Shown: positions 36,174-46,282 of the stretch, piece by piece
Layout of the letters: the number at the start of each line of letters is the position of its first letter
Position numbering within the stretch: position 1 is the stretch's first letter
Assembly: GCA_963826115.1 (NCBI GenBank)
Contig: CAWGVS010000006.1
Span: 96,001 to 160,000 of the forward strand
DNA: 64,000 nt
Direction of reading: 5' to 3'
Source of the DNA: an uncultured Candidatus Rokubacteria bacterium
Lineage (GTDB): Bacteria > Methylomirabilota > Methylomirabilia > Rokubacteriales > DASRDR01
Notes under the pieces: model-generated
Databases searched by the model: none
Told to the model about the DNA's origin: nothing
The model's input: the letters and a program-made list of their open reading frames with translations, nothing else
Program-made: the position numbers and the translations under genes

Positions 36174-38159
36174 TCAGTCGGCGTTGGCAGTCGGCGTTGG
36201 GAGGATGGCGGGTCCGGCGCCGCGGGCGGCCGCGACCAGGAGGTCGATCTGCGCCGGCAGCCCGAAGACGCGGAGACGGTCGCCGGCCCGCAGCACGGCG
36301 TCGGCCGACGGGTTGACGGCCACGGAGCCGTCGGGGCGCGTGACCGCGACGACGGTCACGCCGAAGCGCTCCCGGATGTGAGTGTCGCGCAGCGTGAGAC
36401 CGTCGAGCGGCCCGACCGAGACCTCGACGTCCCGCACCTCGGGGAGCCCGGGCTCCGCGCCGGACGTCGGGGGCGTGCGCCGGGCGTCGGTCATGGCATC
36501 GCGGAACCGCTCGAGGTAGACGGTGAGCCGGTCGTCCGGCAGTGCGAGGTGGTGGAGGGCGTGCCGGATGAACGTGGCGGCCGCCTCGAGCTCGGGCTCG
36601 ACCACCGTGGTGGCGCCGGCCGCGCGCAGCGCGTCTCCGGCCTCGCGGCGGTGGGCGCGGGCCAGGACCGGCACGCGCGGGTTGATCGCCCGCACGCGCG
36701 TCACGACCAGCCGCGCATGCTCCGCGTCCGGCAGCGTCATGACCACGAGGGCGGCGCGGGGGACGCCCGCCGCCTCGAGGAGCTGGGCGTGCGCGGCGTC
36801 CCCGTAGAGGGACGGGATCCCGCGGGCCCGGAGCGCTCGCACGGCGTCGGGGTCCGTCTCCACCGCCACGTAGCGCACGCCGAAGGTCTCGAGGGCCTCC
36901 CCGACCGCGCTGCCGACCCGCCCGAATCCGCAGAGGACCACGCGCGCGTCGTCGTGGCTCCGCGGCCCCTCGTTCACGCGGAGGCTGCGGTCCACGCCCG
37001 CGCGGCCGAGCCACTGCGGCACGAGGCGGACGAGCGCGGCGTTGGCCAGGATCGTCACCAGCGCCGTCGCCAGCGTGGCGTTGTAGACGTCCGGCCCGAC
37101 GAGGCCCGCGTCCAGGGCCGCCTGCACCAGGAGGAACGAGAACTCGCCGATCTGGGTGAGGCCGACGCCGACGAGGAGCGCCGTCCAGAGGGGGTAGCCG
37201 AAGAGCGCGACCACGCCCGTCCACAGCACGAGCTTCCCCACCAGGACGAGCCCGATCATGACGCCGAGCAGGGGGAGGTTCGACAGGGCGACCCGCGGGT
37301 CGATGAGCGCGCCCAGTGTCACGAAGAACAGCGCCACGAACGCGTCGCGGAGCGGCAGGACCTGGGCGAGCGTCTCGTGCGCGTAGTCCGATTCGCTCAA
37401 GAGCAGGCCGGCCAGGAACGCGCCCAGCGCCAGCGACAGCCCCGCCGCCTGGGTCAGCGCGGCGGTCCCGATCACGATCGCCAGGACCACCAGGAGAAAC
37501 AGCTCCGGACTCCGCGTGCGCGCCACCCAGGTGAGCACGCGCGGCATCACGCGGGAGGCGAGGAGCCAGAAGGGGATGAGGATGGCGGCGGCCCGGAGGA
37601 GCCCGAGCCCCACGCCCACGAGGCCCTCCGTCCCGCGTGTCCTCAGGATGGGCATCAGCACGACGAGGACCACCACCGCCAGGTCCTCGACGAGCGTGAT
37701 GCCGATCATCACGCGCCCGTGGCGCGTGTGGAGCTCCCCTCGGTCCACAAGGAGGCGCGCCATGACCATGGTGCTGGCCACGGAGATGACGATGCCGACC
37801 ACGAGGCCCTGGACGGGCGGCCAGCCGAGGACGAGACCCACGCTCAGTCCCAGCCCGATGGAGAGGAGGATGCCGAGCGGGGCGCCGAGGAGGGCAACCC
37901 GGCGCACCTGCGCGAGGTCGCGGAGCGAGAACTCGACGCCGATCGAGAACATCAGGAGGACGACGCCGATCTCCGCGAAGAGCTCGAACGAGTGGACGTC
38001 CGACACCGAGGGGCCGGGGGTGAGCGGGCTGACGAGGATGCCGCCCATGACGTAGCCGAGGACGAGCGGCTGCCGCGTGAGCCACGCGAGCCCGCCCCCG
38101 AGCACGGCGGCGGCGAACACGTAGGCCAGATCGCGGAACACCAGCGGCTCGGTCACCAC
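36174..38159 (-). CDS. CPA2 antiporter with TrkA-N and TrkA-C domains (YbaL/RosB-like)
   Basis: AEIGVVLLMFSIGVEFS, LVEDL, PLRDAFVALFF, LCGFGRVG, RERFGVTVVAV...NPSADAVLRAGD. Confidence 0.9.
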   Translation of the reverse strand: MVTEPLVFRDLAYVFAAAVLGGGLAWLTRQPLVLGYVMGGILVSPLTPGPSVSDVHSFELFAEIGVVLLMFSIGVEFSLRDLAQVRRVALLGAPLGILLSIGLGLSVGLVLGWPPVQGLVVGIVISVASTMVMARLLVDRGELHTRHGRVMIGITLVEDLAVVVLVVLMPILRTRGTEGLVGVGLGLLRAAAILIPFWLLASRVMPRVLTWVARTRSPELFLLVVLAIVIGTAALTQAAGLSLALGAFLAGLLLSESDYAHETLAQVLPLRDAFVALFFVTLGALIDPRVALSNLPLLGVMIGLVLVGKLVLWTGVVALFGYPLWTALLVGVGLTQIGEFSFLLVQAALDAGLVGPDVYNATLATALVTILANAALVRLVPQWLGRAGVDRSLRVNEGPRSHDDARVVLCGFGRVGSAVGEALETFGVRYVAVETDPDAVRALRARGIPSLYGDAAHAQLLEAAGVPRAALVVMTLPDAEHARLVVTRVRAINPRVPVLARAHRREAGDALRAAGATTVVEPELEAAATFIRHALHHLALPDDRLTVYLERFRDAMTDARRTPPTSGAEPGLPEVRDVEVSVGPLDGLTLRDTHIRERFGVTVVAVTRPDGSVAVNPSADAVLRAGDRLRVFGLPAQIDLLVAAARGAGPAILPTPTANAD

Positions 38160-38270
38160 CCCGGAGCTCCCCTCGTCGAGGCGCCAGTCGACGACGGAGA
38201 CTTCCGTCGTGGGTGGCGCGTGATCGGACGGACGGCGCGCGACCCGGAGGTCGCGCCGAGGGCTGGGGGG

Positions 38271-38615
38271 CTAGTGGTCCTCGGGCGCGGTCGGCGCGCT
38301 CCGGACGGTCTCGAGCGAGGCGCGAGGGCGTCCGGGCGACGGCTCGGAAGCGGGGCGCTCGAGGCGTGCGCCGGCGGGGCGCGCTCCCGCCGCGCGGACG
38401 TCGGCGACCTGGACCGGTTCGGGCGGGCTCGGCAGGGTGCGGGAGGGCCGCTCGTCGGTGCGGGTCCGCTCGGTCCTCAGCGCGTGGAAGGAGTCCGCCT
38501 CACCGAAGCGGACGACCCCGGGCAGGAGCGGGTTCGAGAAGTCGATCCCGAGGCACGTCAGGAGCACCAGGGTGAACGTCCACACGCCCAGTACTGTATC
38601 CCGGGTCGGGATCAC
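38271..38615 (-). CDS. Small hypothetical protein
   Basis: Hydrophobic N-terminus (WTFTLVLLTCLGIDFSNPLLPGVVRF) then Pro/Arg-rich tail; fills the gap between uvrA and the antiporter. Confidence 0.45.
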   Translation of the reverse strand: MIPTRDTVLGVWTFTLVLLTCLGIDFSNPLLPGVVRFGEADSFHALRTERTRTDERPSRTLPSPPEPVQVADVRAAGARPAGARLERPASEPSPGRPRASLETVRSAPTAPEDH

Positions 38616-38658
38616 CGGGAAGCGGTCCCCGCGGATTGTTTGCGGCGGCCGCCGCCCG

Positions 38659-41494
38659 CTAGGCCCGGGCCCGCCGCGGTGCGCGGCGCTCGAGCGGCCG
38701 CGCGTCCTTCAGGAACTCCCCGAGGTACTTGCCGGTGTACGACGCGGCGACCTGCGCGACGGCCTCGGGCGGCCCCTCGGCCACCAGCTCGCCGCCGGCG
38801 TCCCCGCCCTCGGGCCCGAGATCCAGGATCCAGTCGGCGCACTTGATCACGTCGAGATGGTGCTCGACGACCAGCACCGTGTTGCCGGCGTCGACGAGGC
38901 GCTGGAGCACGCCCAGGAGCCGGCGCACGTCGTCGAGGTGGAGCCCGGTGGTCGGCTCGTCGAGGATGTAGAGCACGTCCCGGCCGAGCCGCGCGCCCAG
39001 CTCGGCGGCGATCTTCAGGCGCTGCGCCTCCCCGCCGGAGAGCGTGGTCGCGGGCTGACCGAGCCGGAGGTAGCCGAGCCCCACGTCCTGGAGGACCTGG
39101 AGCCGCCGCGTCAGCCCGGGGGTCGCGGCGAAGAACGGGATCGCCTCGTCGACCGTCATCTGAAGCACCTGGCTGATGTCGCGGCCCTGATAGACGACCT
39201 GGCGGACGTCCGGGCGGTAGCGGCGACCCTCGCACTCGCGGCAGGTGACGTAGACGTCCTCGAAGAAGTACATCTCCAGCTTCTCGAAGCCGTCGCCCTC
39301 GCAGGTCTCGCAGCGGCCGCCGGGGACGTTGAACGAGAAGTGCCCCGGACCGAGCCCGAGCGTCTTCGCCCGCGGCAGGCCGGCGTACAGGCGCCGGACG
39401 TCGTCGAACGCCTTGATGTACGTCACCGGGTTCGACCGCGGGGTCCGGCCGATGGGCTCCTGGTCGATGAGCCGCACCCCGCGCAGGTGCTCGAGCCCGA
39501 GGAGCGCGTCGTGGGCGCCCGGCGCCTCGAAGGACGTCTTGAACGCGCGCGCCACCGCGCGGTAGAGCGTGTCGTGGACCAGCGTCGACTTGCCGGAGCC
39601 GGAGACGCCGGTGACGCACGTGAGCGTTCCCAGGGGGATCCGCGCCCGCACGTGCCGGAGGTTGTGTGCGCGCGCGCCCACCACGGTGAGCCATCGCCCG
39701 TCGCCTTCGCGCCGGCCGATGGGCAGGGGAATGCTGTCGCGCCCGGAGAGGTACCGCGCCGTCAGCGTCCGCATGTCCCGCAGGAACTCGTCCCGCGGCG
39801 CCGCCAGCACGATCTCGCCGCCGCGCTCGCCCGAGCCGGGGCCGAGCTCCACGCAGTGGTCGGCCGACTCGATGAACGTGCGGTCGTGCTCGACGACCAC
39901 CACGGTGTTGCCGGCGTGGGCGAGCTCCCCGCACAGCTCGGCCAGCCGGGTGACGTCGCGCGCGTGGAGCCCGATGGACGGCTCGTCCAGGACGTAGAGC
40001 GTGCCGACCAGCTGAGCGCCGAGCTGGGTGGCGAGCGCGATGCGCTGGGCCTCCCCGCCGGAGAGCGTGCGCATCTGGCGCTCGAGGGTCAGGTAGCCGA
40101 GGCCGACGCGGCGGAGGAAGGAGACCTTGGCGGCCAGGCGGTCCAGCGCCTCCCGCCCGACCTCGGCCTCCCACGCGGTCAACGGGAGCGCCTCGAGCCA
40201 CGACGCGAGCCCGTCGATGGCGAGGGCCGAGACCTCCGCGATGGTGCGCTCGGCGATCGTGACGGCGAGGGCCTCGGGCTTCAGACGCGCGCCCCGACAG
40301 GTCGGGCAGGGCACCTGGCTCCGGTAGCGCGAGAGGAACACCCGCACGTGGAGCTTGTAGCGGTAGCCCTCGACCTCCTCGAAGAAGCCCCGGATGCCGC
40401 AGAAGTCCTTGTCGCCCTCGTAGACCCAGCGCCGCACCGCCTCGGGGAGCTCCGCGTAGGGCCGGCTGCACGTCGATCTTCCGGCGCCGCGCGATCTTGA
40501 GGAGCTCCTTCTGGTACCACTCGCCCGACGGGTGCCGCCAGGGCTCGACCGCGCCGCCGGCGAGCGAGGCGGTCGGGTCGGGCACCACGCGCCCCTCGTC
40601 GTAGCGCAGGAGGTTGCCGAACCCCTTGCACTCCGGACAGGCGCCCAGGGGATGGTTGAAGGAGAAAAGGAGAGGCTGGGGCCGCTCCAGCGGCGTCCCG
40701 CAGGCCTGGCACCCGAACTGCTCGCCGTACCGCCGCACCTCCGGCGGCTGGCCGTCGCGCAGGATCTCCACGACCGCCCGGCCGCCGCCTTCGCGGAAGG
40801 CCTGCTCGAAGGACCCGGCCAGGCGCGTCTGGGCGTCGGGGCGGAGGACGAGCCGGTCGAGCACCACGTCGATGCTCTCGCGGCCCGCGAGGGCGAGGTC
40901 CGGGAGCGGTGACAGCGGAACCACGTCGTCGCCCACCTTGATGCGCGCGAAGCCGCGGGCCACCAGGCGCGCGAGCAGGTCGTCCACGCGATCGGCGGCG
41001 GGCACCGGCAACGGGAACCCCACGAGGACGCGCGCGCCGGCCGCCTCGGCGAGCAGCGCCTCCGCCATGCGGTCCGGGGCGGCCGAGCCGGCGGGGCGGC
41101 CGCAGCGCGGGCAGTGGACGTGGCCGATCTTCGCGTAGAGGAGCCGCAGGTAGTCGGCGAGCTCGGTGGCGGTGCCGACGGTGGAGCGGGCCGTCCGGAC
41201 GGGGTTCTTCTGCTCGAGCGCGATGGCCGGTCTGATGTGCTCGACCAGGTCGACGTCGGGCCGGTCGATCCGCTCGAGGAACATCCGCGCGTAGCTCGAG
41301 AGCGACTCGATGAAGCGCCACTGGCCCTCGGCGAAGATCGTGTCGAAGGCGAGCGAGGACTTCCCGGACCCGGAGACGCCCGTGACGACGGTGACCCGGT
41401 CGTGCGGGATGGCGACCGAGACGTTCTTGAGGTTGTTCTGCCGGGCTCCATGGATGCGGAGCCAGTCAGGGCGTGGCGCGGGGGCGGGCTTCAC
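38659..41494 (-). CDS. uvrA: Excinuclease ABC subunit UvrA, with apparent +1 frameshift near 40468
   Basis: N-half ([36 protein letters not shown]) in one frame; C-half ([19 protein letters not shown], second [17 protein letters not shown]) in another. Confidence 0.9.
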
Positions 41495-41584
41495 AATCGA
41501 CCATTCTACCGTGTCCGGCCAGGGGGCGCCCCGCGCTTGACAGCGCGCCGGCCCTCGGGAACGATGGCCACGTCGTCGAACGCC

Positions 41585-41902
41585 ATGCGCCCACGATCCG
41601 CGCTCGCCGCGCTCGCCGTTGCCCTCGCGGGCTGCTCCGGTCAGGGCGGCGCGCTCAGCCCGGAGGCCGAGCGGGGCCGGCAGGTGTTCGCCAGCCAGTG
41701 CACGTCGTGTCACTCGAGTGATCCCGCCAAGGCCGGGCCGATTGGCCCCGCCGTGAAAGGCGCCTCCCGGGAGCTTCTCGAGGCCCGCCTGCTCCGGGGC
41801 GCCTACCCGCCGGGGTACACGCCCAAGCGCCCGAGCGCGGTCATGCAGCCGATGCCGCAGCTGGCGGGGAGCTTGGACGACCTCACCGCCTACCTCCGGT
41901 AG
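41585..41902 (+). CDS. Monoheme cytochrome c lipoprotein
   Basis: Lipobox LAGC, CTSCH heme motif, distal Met (VMQPMP). Confidence 0.85.
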   Translation: MRPRSALAALAVALAGCSGQGGALSPEAERGRQVFASQCTSCHSSDPAKAGPIGPAVKGASRELLEARLLRGAYPPGYTPKRPSAVMQPMPQLAGSLDDLTAYLR

Positions 41903-42005
41903 CCGCGCGCCGCCGCGGCGCGGCCGGGATCGCCGGACGCACGTCGGGCCCGGACAACCGCCGGGCCCGACGTGGTGGTGGAGCGTCTGAGCGCGCCTGC
42001 AGCGT

Positions 42006-42704
42006 CTAGCGCATCGCCTCGAACCACGCGTAGTACACGAGGGCGAGGACGAAGCCCGCCCAGAGCGTACCCTTCACGGTGGCCAGCGGCTTTGCCATGC
42101 CCTGCCCGGGCGTGCCCTTGAGCGCGTTGATCTCGACGACGAGCATGACCAACAGCGCCACGACCCAGAACGCCATGCCGTTGCGCGGCACGGGCAGCGT
42201 GAGGTGGCTCGCCGCGCCCATGAAGAACAGCATCGGGACCGAGAGCAGCGTGTTGGTCCGGGACGCGAGTCCGGCGCGCGCGCCGGCGCCGGCCGCGGCG
42301 GGATTCGCCGGGCGTCCGGCGGCCGTGTCGACCGCGTTCTGGATGACGACCTTCTGGCTGGGCCAGATCACGAACCAGACGTTGGCCCACATGACCGTCC
42401 CCAGCAGGCCGCCAAGGAGGATCGCCCACCCGTACGAGCCCGCGAAGAAGCCGCCCTGGTGCGCCCGGTGGATGATGATCAGCCCGCCGGAGAGGAGGGT
42501 GAACATGGCGCCCCACCGGAACCACCACAGCGCCCGCGGCACGAGCTTCTGGATGGCGCCGCTTCGCACCGGGGCCTCGGTCTCGGCGAAGAAGGGCGTC
42601 TGGACGAAGTTGAAATAGTAGAGGAGGCCGATCCAGGTGATCCCGGCCAGGAAGTGGATCCACCTCAAGAGGAACAGCCAGCCTTCGCTACTCGCCAGCG
42701 CCAT
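42006..42704 (-). CDS. Urate hydroxylase PuuD-like (Urate_ox_N) membrane protein
   Basis: LRWIHFLAGITWIGLLYYFNFVQ, ALWWFRWGA, MWANVWFVIWPSQK, ASRTNTLLSVPMLFFM. Confidence 0.8.
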   Translation of the reverse strand: MALASSEGWLFLLRWIHFLAGITWIGLLYYFNFVQTPFFAETEAPVRSGAIQKLVPRALWWFRWGAMFTLLSGGLIIIHRAHQGGFFAGSYGWAILLGGLLGTVMWANVWFVIWPSQKVVIQNAVDTAAGRPANPAAAGAGARAGLASRTNTLLSVPMLFFMGAASHLTLPVPRNGMAFWVVALLVMLVVEINALKGTPGQGMAKPLATVKGTLWAGFVLALVYYAWFEAMR

Positions 42705-42771
42705 ACCGAGCCTCCCTGTGCGTGGGGTTTGAGCGGCCTCGATTACATGCCGGGCCCTCCAGGGTGTCAAC

Positions 42772-42810
42772 CCCGGGTGGAGCGCCCGGGTGGAGCGCCC
42801 GGGTGGAGCG
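42772..42810. repeat. Perfect 13-bp direct repeat x3 (CCCGGGTGGAGCG)
   Basis: Copies at 42772-42784, 42785-42797, 42798-42810. Confidence 0.9.
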
Positions 42811-42874
42811 TGGGCCAGGAGCGGGCGCGCGGGATGTTGGCTCCGGGACGTCGAGAGGTTCGCGCGGGAGAAGT

Positions 42875-42950
42875 TGGTGGCGGTGGGAGGACTCGAACCT
42901 CCGGCACGGGGCTTATGAGACCCCTGCTCTACCACCTGAGCTACACCGCC
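42875..42950 (-). tRNA. tRNA-Met (CAT), elongator type
   Basis: GGCGGTGTAGCTCAGGTGGTAGAGCAGGGGTCTCATAAGCCCCGTGCCGGAGGTTCGAGTCCTCCCACCGCCACCA: cloverleaf, TTCGA loop, encoded CCA, G1-C72 pair (not initiator); Ile2 cannot be fully excluded. Confidence 0.95.
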
Positions 42951-42963
42951 AAAAGCACCCGAC

Positions 42964-42992
42964 ATGGTAGGGCCTGCCTCCGCGAGCGTCAA
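42964..42992 (-). promoter_or_regulatory. sigma70 promoter of tRNA-Met
   Basis: TTGACG-17 nt-TACCAT. Confidence 0.7.
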
Positions 42993-43119
42993 GCAACGCG
43001 CCCCTCGGCGCCCGCCGACGGACGACGCAGTCGGCATCGCGACCTTGCGCGTCGGACCCCTCTGCTATAATCGCCCCGAATCGCCCCGGAGTACGAGCAC
43101 CGTCCGTCAGGGAGGTCGT

Positions 43120-43341
43120 ATGGACCTGCGTTCGAGGATTGAGGACGAAGACAATCCCGGCTACGGCAACGACGAGGAAGAGAAAGAGAAAGAGGTCGAG
43201 GACGACGAGACTGACGACGTCGACGAGATCGACGACGCCGACTTCGAGAACGACGACGTCGACGACGCGGATGACGACGACGACGTCGACGAGGCCGACC
43301 TGGAAGAGGACGATCTCGACGAGGACGAGGACGAGGACTGA
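43120..43341 (+). CDS. Extremely acidic 73-aa protein
   Basis: GGAGG RBS, extended -10 TGCTATAAT at 43063-43071; 46 of 73 residues are D/E. Confidence 0.7.
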   Translation: MDLRSRIEDEDNPGYGNDEEEKEKEVEDDETDDVDEIDDADFENDDVDDADDDDDVDEADLEEDDLDEDEDED

Positions 43342-43446
43342 ACCCGAGCGCGGCGATGAGCCGCGAAGCGGGCAATCGGGCGGGTGCGAGGCCAGGGTCC
43401 GCGCGCGCGGGCCGGCCGGCCCGCCCGGCTGCCGACGGATGACCCG

Positions 43447-44232
43447 GTGAGCGACGAGATCCTGGTCGAGCGGCAAGGCCACATCGCGACGGTCGTGTTC
43501 AACCGCCCGCACGTGCGGAACGCGTTCAACCTCGCGATGTGGAGCGCGCTGCCCGGTGTCGTGGACGGGCTGGCCCGCGACCCGGGCGTCCGCGCGATCG
43601 TGTTCCGCGGCGCGGGTGAAGAGGCCTTCGCCTCGGGCGCCGACATCTCCGAGTTCCGCGAGAACCGGAAGGACCGCGCGTCGGCCGAGGCGTACAACGC
43701 GCGGACGGCGGCCGCCGCCCACGCGATGGAGACCTGCCCCAAGCCCACGGTCGCCATGATCCACGGCTACTGCATGGGCGGCGCGGTCGCCGTCGCGCTG
43801 GCGTGCGACCTCCGCTTCTCGTCGGACGCCGGGAAGTTCGGGATCCCCGCGGGACGCCTCGGCATCATCTACGGCCTTCACGCGGTCAAGCGCCTGGTGA
43901 GCCTGGTCGGCCCGGCGGTGGCCAAGGACATCCTCTTCTCCGCGCGGGTGCTGGACGCCCAGGAGGCGCTCCGCGCCGGGTTCGTCCAGCGCGTGGTGCC
44001 GGCCGCCGACCTCGCCGCGCACACGTACGACTATCTCGCCCGGGTGTCCGAGAACGCGCCCCTCACCATCCAGGGAGCGAAGCTGATCGTCGAGGCCATC
44101 GTGGAGGACGGGGGCGTCGCGAAGCAGGACGACATCGCGCAGCTCCAGCTCCGGGCCTTCGAGAGCGAGGACTACAAGGAAGGCACGGCGGCGTTTCTCG
44201 AGAAGCGCCGACCCCGCTTCGTCGGCCGGTAG
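43447..44232 (+). CDS. Enoyl-CoA hydratase/isomerase family
   Basis: FNRPHVRNAF, AFASGADISEF, GYCMGGA, FLEKRRPRF. Confidence 0.92.
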   Translation: MSDEILVERQGHIATVVFNRPHVRNAFNLAMWSALPGVVDGLARDPGVRAIVFRGAGEEAFASGADISEFRENRKDRASAEAYNARTAAAAHAMETCPKPTVAMIHGYCMGGAVAVALACDLRFSSDAGKFGIPAGRLGIIYGLHAVKRLVSLVGPAVAKDILFSARVLDAQEALRAGFVQRVVPAADLAAHTYDYLARVSENAPLTIQGAKLIVEAIVEDGGVAKQDDIAQLQLRAFESEDYKEGTAAFLEKRRPRFVGR

Positions 44233-44240
44233 TCCCGCGC

Positions 44241-45380
44241 GTGGTCGCGGGGCTCGCCCTCCCCGCCGCCCTCTTCCTCGGCCCCGCGGTGTGGCGGATC
44301 GTACGCGTCGCGACGACTCTCCACGGGCGCGCGCGCCTGCCGCGCGCGAGTGACGCCGCGCCGTCCCGCGGGGGCGCGCTCGTCAGCGTGCTCGTGCCCG
44401 CGCGTGACGAGGAGCGCGGCGTCGGCGCCTGCCTCGCCTCGCTCTCGGCGCAGACCTACCCCGACCTCGAGATCATCGCCGTCGACGACGGCTCGACCGA
44501 CCGGACGCCGGCGCTCCTGGCCGAGGCCGCGCGGCGGGACCTCCGGGTGCGGGTCGTGCGCGTGGCGGGCCCACCGCCCGGCTGGATCGGGAAGAGCTTC
44601 GCGCTCGACGCCGGCGTCGTGGGCGCACGCGGGCGCTGGCTCTGCTTCACCGACGCCGACACCGTCCACGCGCCGGAGTCCATCGCCCGGGCGGTGGGAT
44701 TCGCCGAGGCCCGCGGGCTCGCGCTCCTCTCGCTGACGAGCCGGCAGCTCACGCGCTCGTTCTGGGAGCGGGTGATCCAGCCCGTCGTGTTCGGGCTCCT
44801 CGACCAGTGGTTCCCGCTCGAGCGCGTGAACGATCCGGCGTCGCCGCTGGCGGCCGCCAACGGGATCTTCATCCTCGTCGACCGCGAGACCTACCACGCC
44901 GCGGGCGGCCATCGCGCGGTGGCCGGCGAGGTGCTCGAGGACGTCGCGCTGGCGCGCCGCGTGAAGGCGGGCGGGGGCCGGATTGCGTTCGTCGACGGCG
45001 CCGACCTCGTCGCGGCGTGGATGTACCCCGACCTCGCGGCGATCCGGCGCGGGTGGACGAAGAACCTCTACCGGCTGCGGGGTCGGCGACCCCTCGCCGC
45101 GCTCGCCTCGCTCGTCGAGCTCGGAGTGACCCTCGTGTGGCCGGCGGTCGGGTGCCTCGCCGCCCTGGCCGGCCCGCCCGGGTCCGGCTGGCTCGCCGCC
45201 GCCGGCCTCGGGCTCGTCCTGGGGGCGGAGGTTCCGTTCCGGGCGCGCCGCGGGGAGGACCCGCGCTGGAGCCCGACCGCGCCCCTCGGGGCCGCCCTGG
45301 TGGCGGTTTTCCTTTTGGAATCGGCGGTTCGCGACTGGCTCGGCCTCGGGGTCCGCTGGAAGGACCGCCGGTATACTTGA
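44241..45380 (+). CDS. GT2 glycosyltransferase (HpnB/CrtQ-like)
   Basis: VPARDEE, VDDGSTDRT, GWIGKSFA, FTDADT, LEDVALAR, GWTKN, WKDRRY. Confidence 0.88.
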   Translation: MVAGLALPAALFLGPAVWRIVRVATTLHGRARLPRASDAAPSRGGALVSVLVPARDEERGVGACLASLSAQTYPDLEIIAVDDGSTDRTPALLAEAARRDLRVRVVRVAGPPPGWIGKSFALDAGVVGARGRWLCFTDADTVHAPESIARAVGFAEARGLALLSLTSRQLTRSFWERVIQPVVFGLLDQWFPLERVNDPASPLAAANGIFILVDRETYHAAGGHRAVAGEVLEDVALARRVKAGGGRIAFVDGADLVAAWMYPDLAAIRRGWTKNLYRLRGRRPLAALASLVELGVTLVWPAVGCLAALAGPPGSGWLAAAGLGLVLGAEVPFRARRGEDPRWSPTAPLGAALVAVFLLESAVRDWLGLGVRWKDRRYT

Positions 45381-45420
45381 GCCTGCGACCCTGCCGGGCC
45401 GCGACCCCTCTAAAGATGAG

Positions 45421-45858
45421 ATGTCCAGGCCGGTGACGATCCCCGGGGCCCATTCGGTCGCGGTCACGCGACGGTTCACCTTCTCGGCCGCGCACCGCTA
45501 CGCGCGGCCCGAGTGGACCGACGCCGAGAACCGCGCGCACTTCGGCCCGCTCGCGACCATCCACGGGCACACGTACACGCTCGAGGTCACGGTGCGCGGA
45601 CCCGTGGATCCCCGGACCGGGATGGTCGTGGACCTCGACGAGCTCAAGCAGGTCGTCGCCGAGACCGTCCTCGCGCGGTTCGACCACGCCTTCATCAACG
45701 ACGATCCCGCGTTTCCGCCCGGGGTCCAGCCGACGCTCGAGAACCTCGTCCGCGTCGCCTGGGATCTCTTGGCCGCGAAGCTCGGCCCCGATCGCCTCGC
45801 GAGTCTCCGGCTGTGGGAGGATCCCACGCTCTACGTGGACTACCGGGGCGAGGCCTGA
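45421..45858 (+). CDS. 6-pyruvoyl/6-carboxy-tetrahydropterin synthase family, copy 1 (no catalytic Cys)
   Basis: FSAAHR, FGPLATIHGHTY, TGMVVDL, FDHAFIN, PTLENL. Confidence 0.85.
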   Translation: MSRPVTIPGAHSVAVTRRFTFSAAHRYARPEWTDAENRAHFGPLATIHGHTYTLEVTVRGPVDPRTGMVVDLDELKQVVAETVLARFDHAFINDDPAFPPGVQPTLENLVRVAWDLLAAKLGPDRLASLRLWEDPTLYVDYRGEA

Positions 45859-45868
45859 GCCCCCGGCC

Positions 45869-46282
45869 ATGGCCACGATGGAGCTGACCAAGGTCCTGCG
45901 CTTCGCGGCCGCGCATCGTCTGACGAATCCCGCGCTTTCGCCGGCGGACAACGCCCAGCTCTACGGCGCGTGTGCGCGCGATCACGGACACAACTACGGG
46001 CTGGAAGCGACCGTGCGCGGGCCCGTGAACGCGGATGGGATGGTGATCGATCTGGCCGTTCTCGAACGGGCCATGCGGACGGTGATCGATCTCGTGGACC
46101 ACCGGGACCTGACGCGCGACGTGTCCCCGCTCGCCGGGGTGATCACGACGGGCGAGAACCTCGCCGCGACGTTCTACCGGATGATCGACCGGGCGCTGCC
46201 GCCGGGGCGTTTGGTCCGGGTCGCGGTCGTCGAGACCGAGAACAACCGCTTCGAGTGCGAGGGGACAGGGGAGGCGTCATGA
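45869..46282 (+). CDS. 6-pyruvoyl/6-carboxy-tetrahydropterin synthase family, copy 2
   Basis: [31 protein letters not shown]. Confidence 0.87.
   Translation: MATMELTKVLRFAAAHRLTNPALSPADNAQLYGACARDHGHNYGLEATVRGPVNADGMVIDLAVLERAMRTVIDLVDHRDLTRDVSPLAGVITTGENLAATFYRMIDRALPPGRLVRVAVVETENNRFECEGTGEAS

Noticed and set aside
42875-42950. tRNA as integration site of a genomic island
   Set aside because: I saw no integrase and no duplicated tRNA 3' end in the window, and the flanking genes are ordinary.
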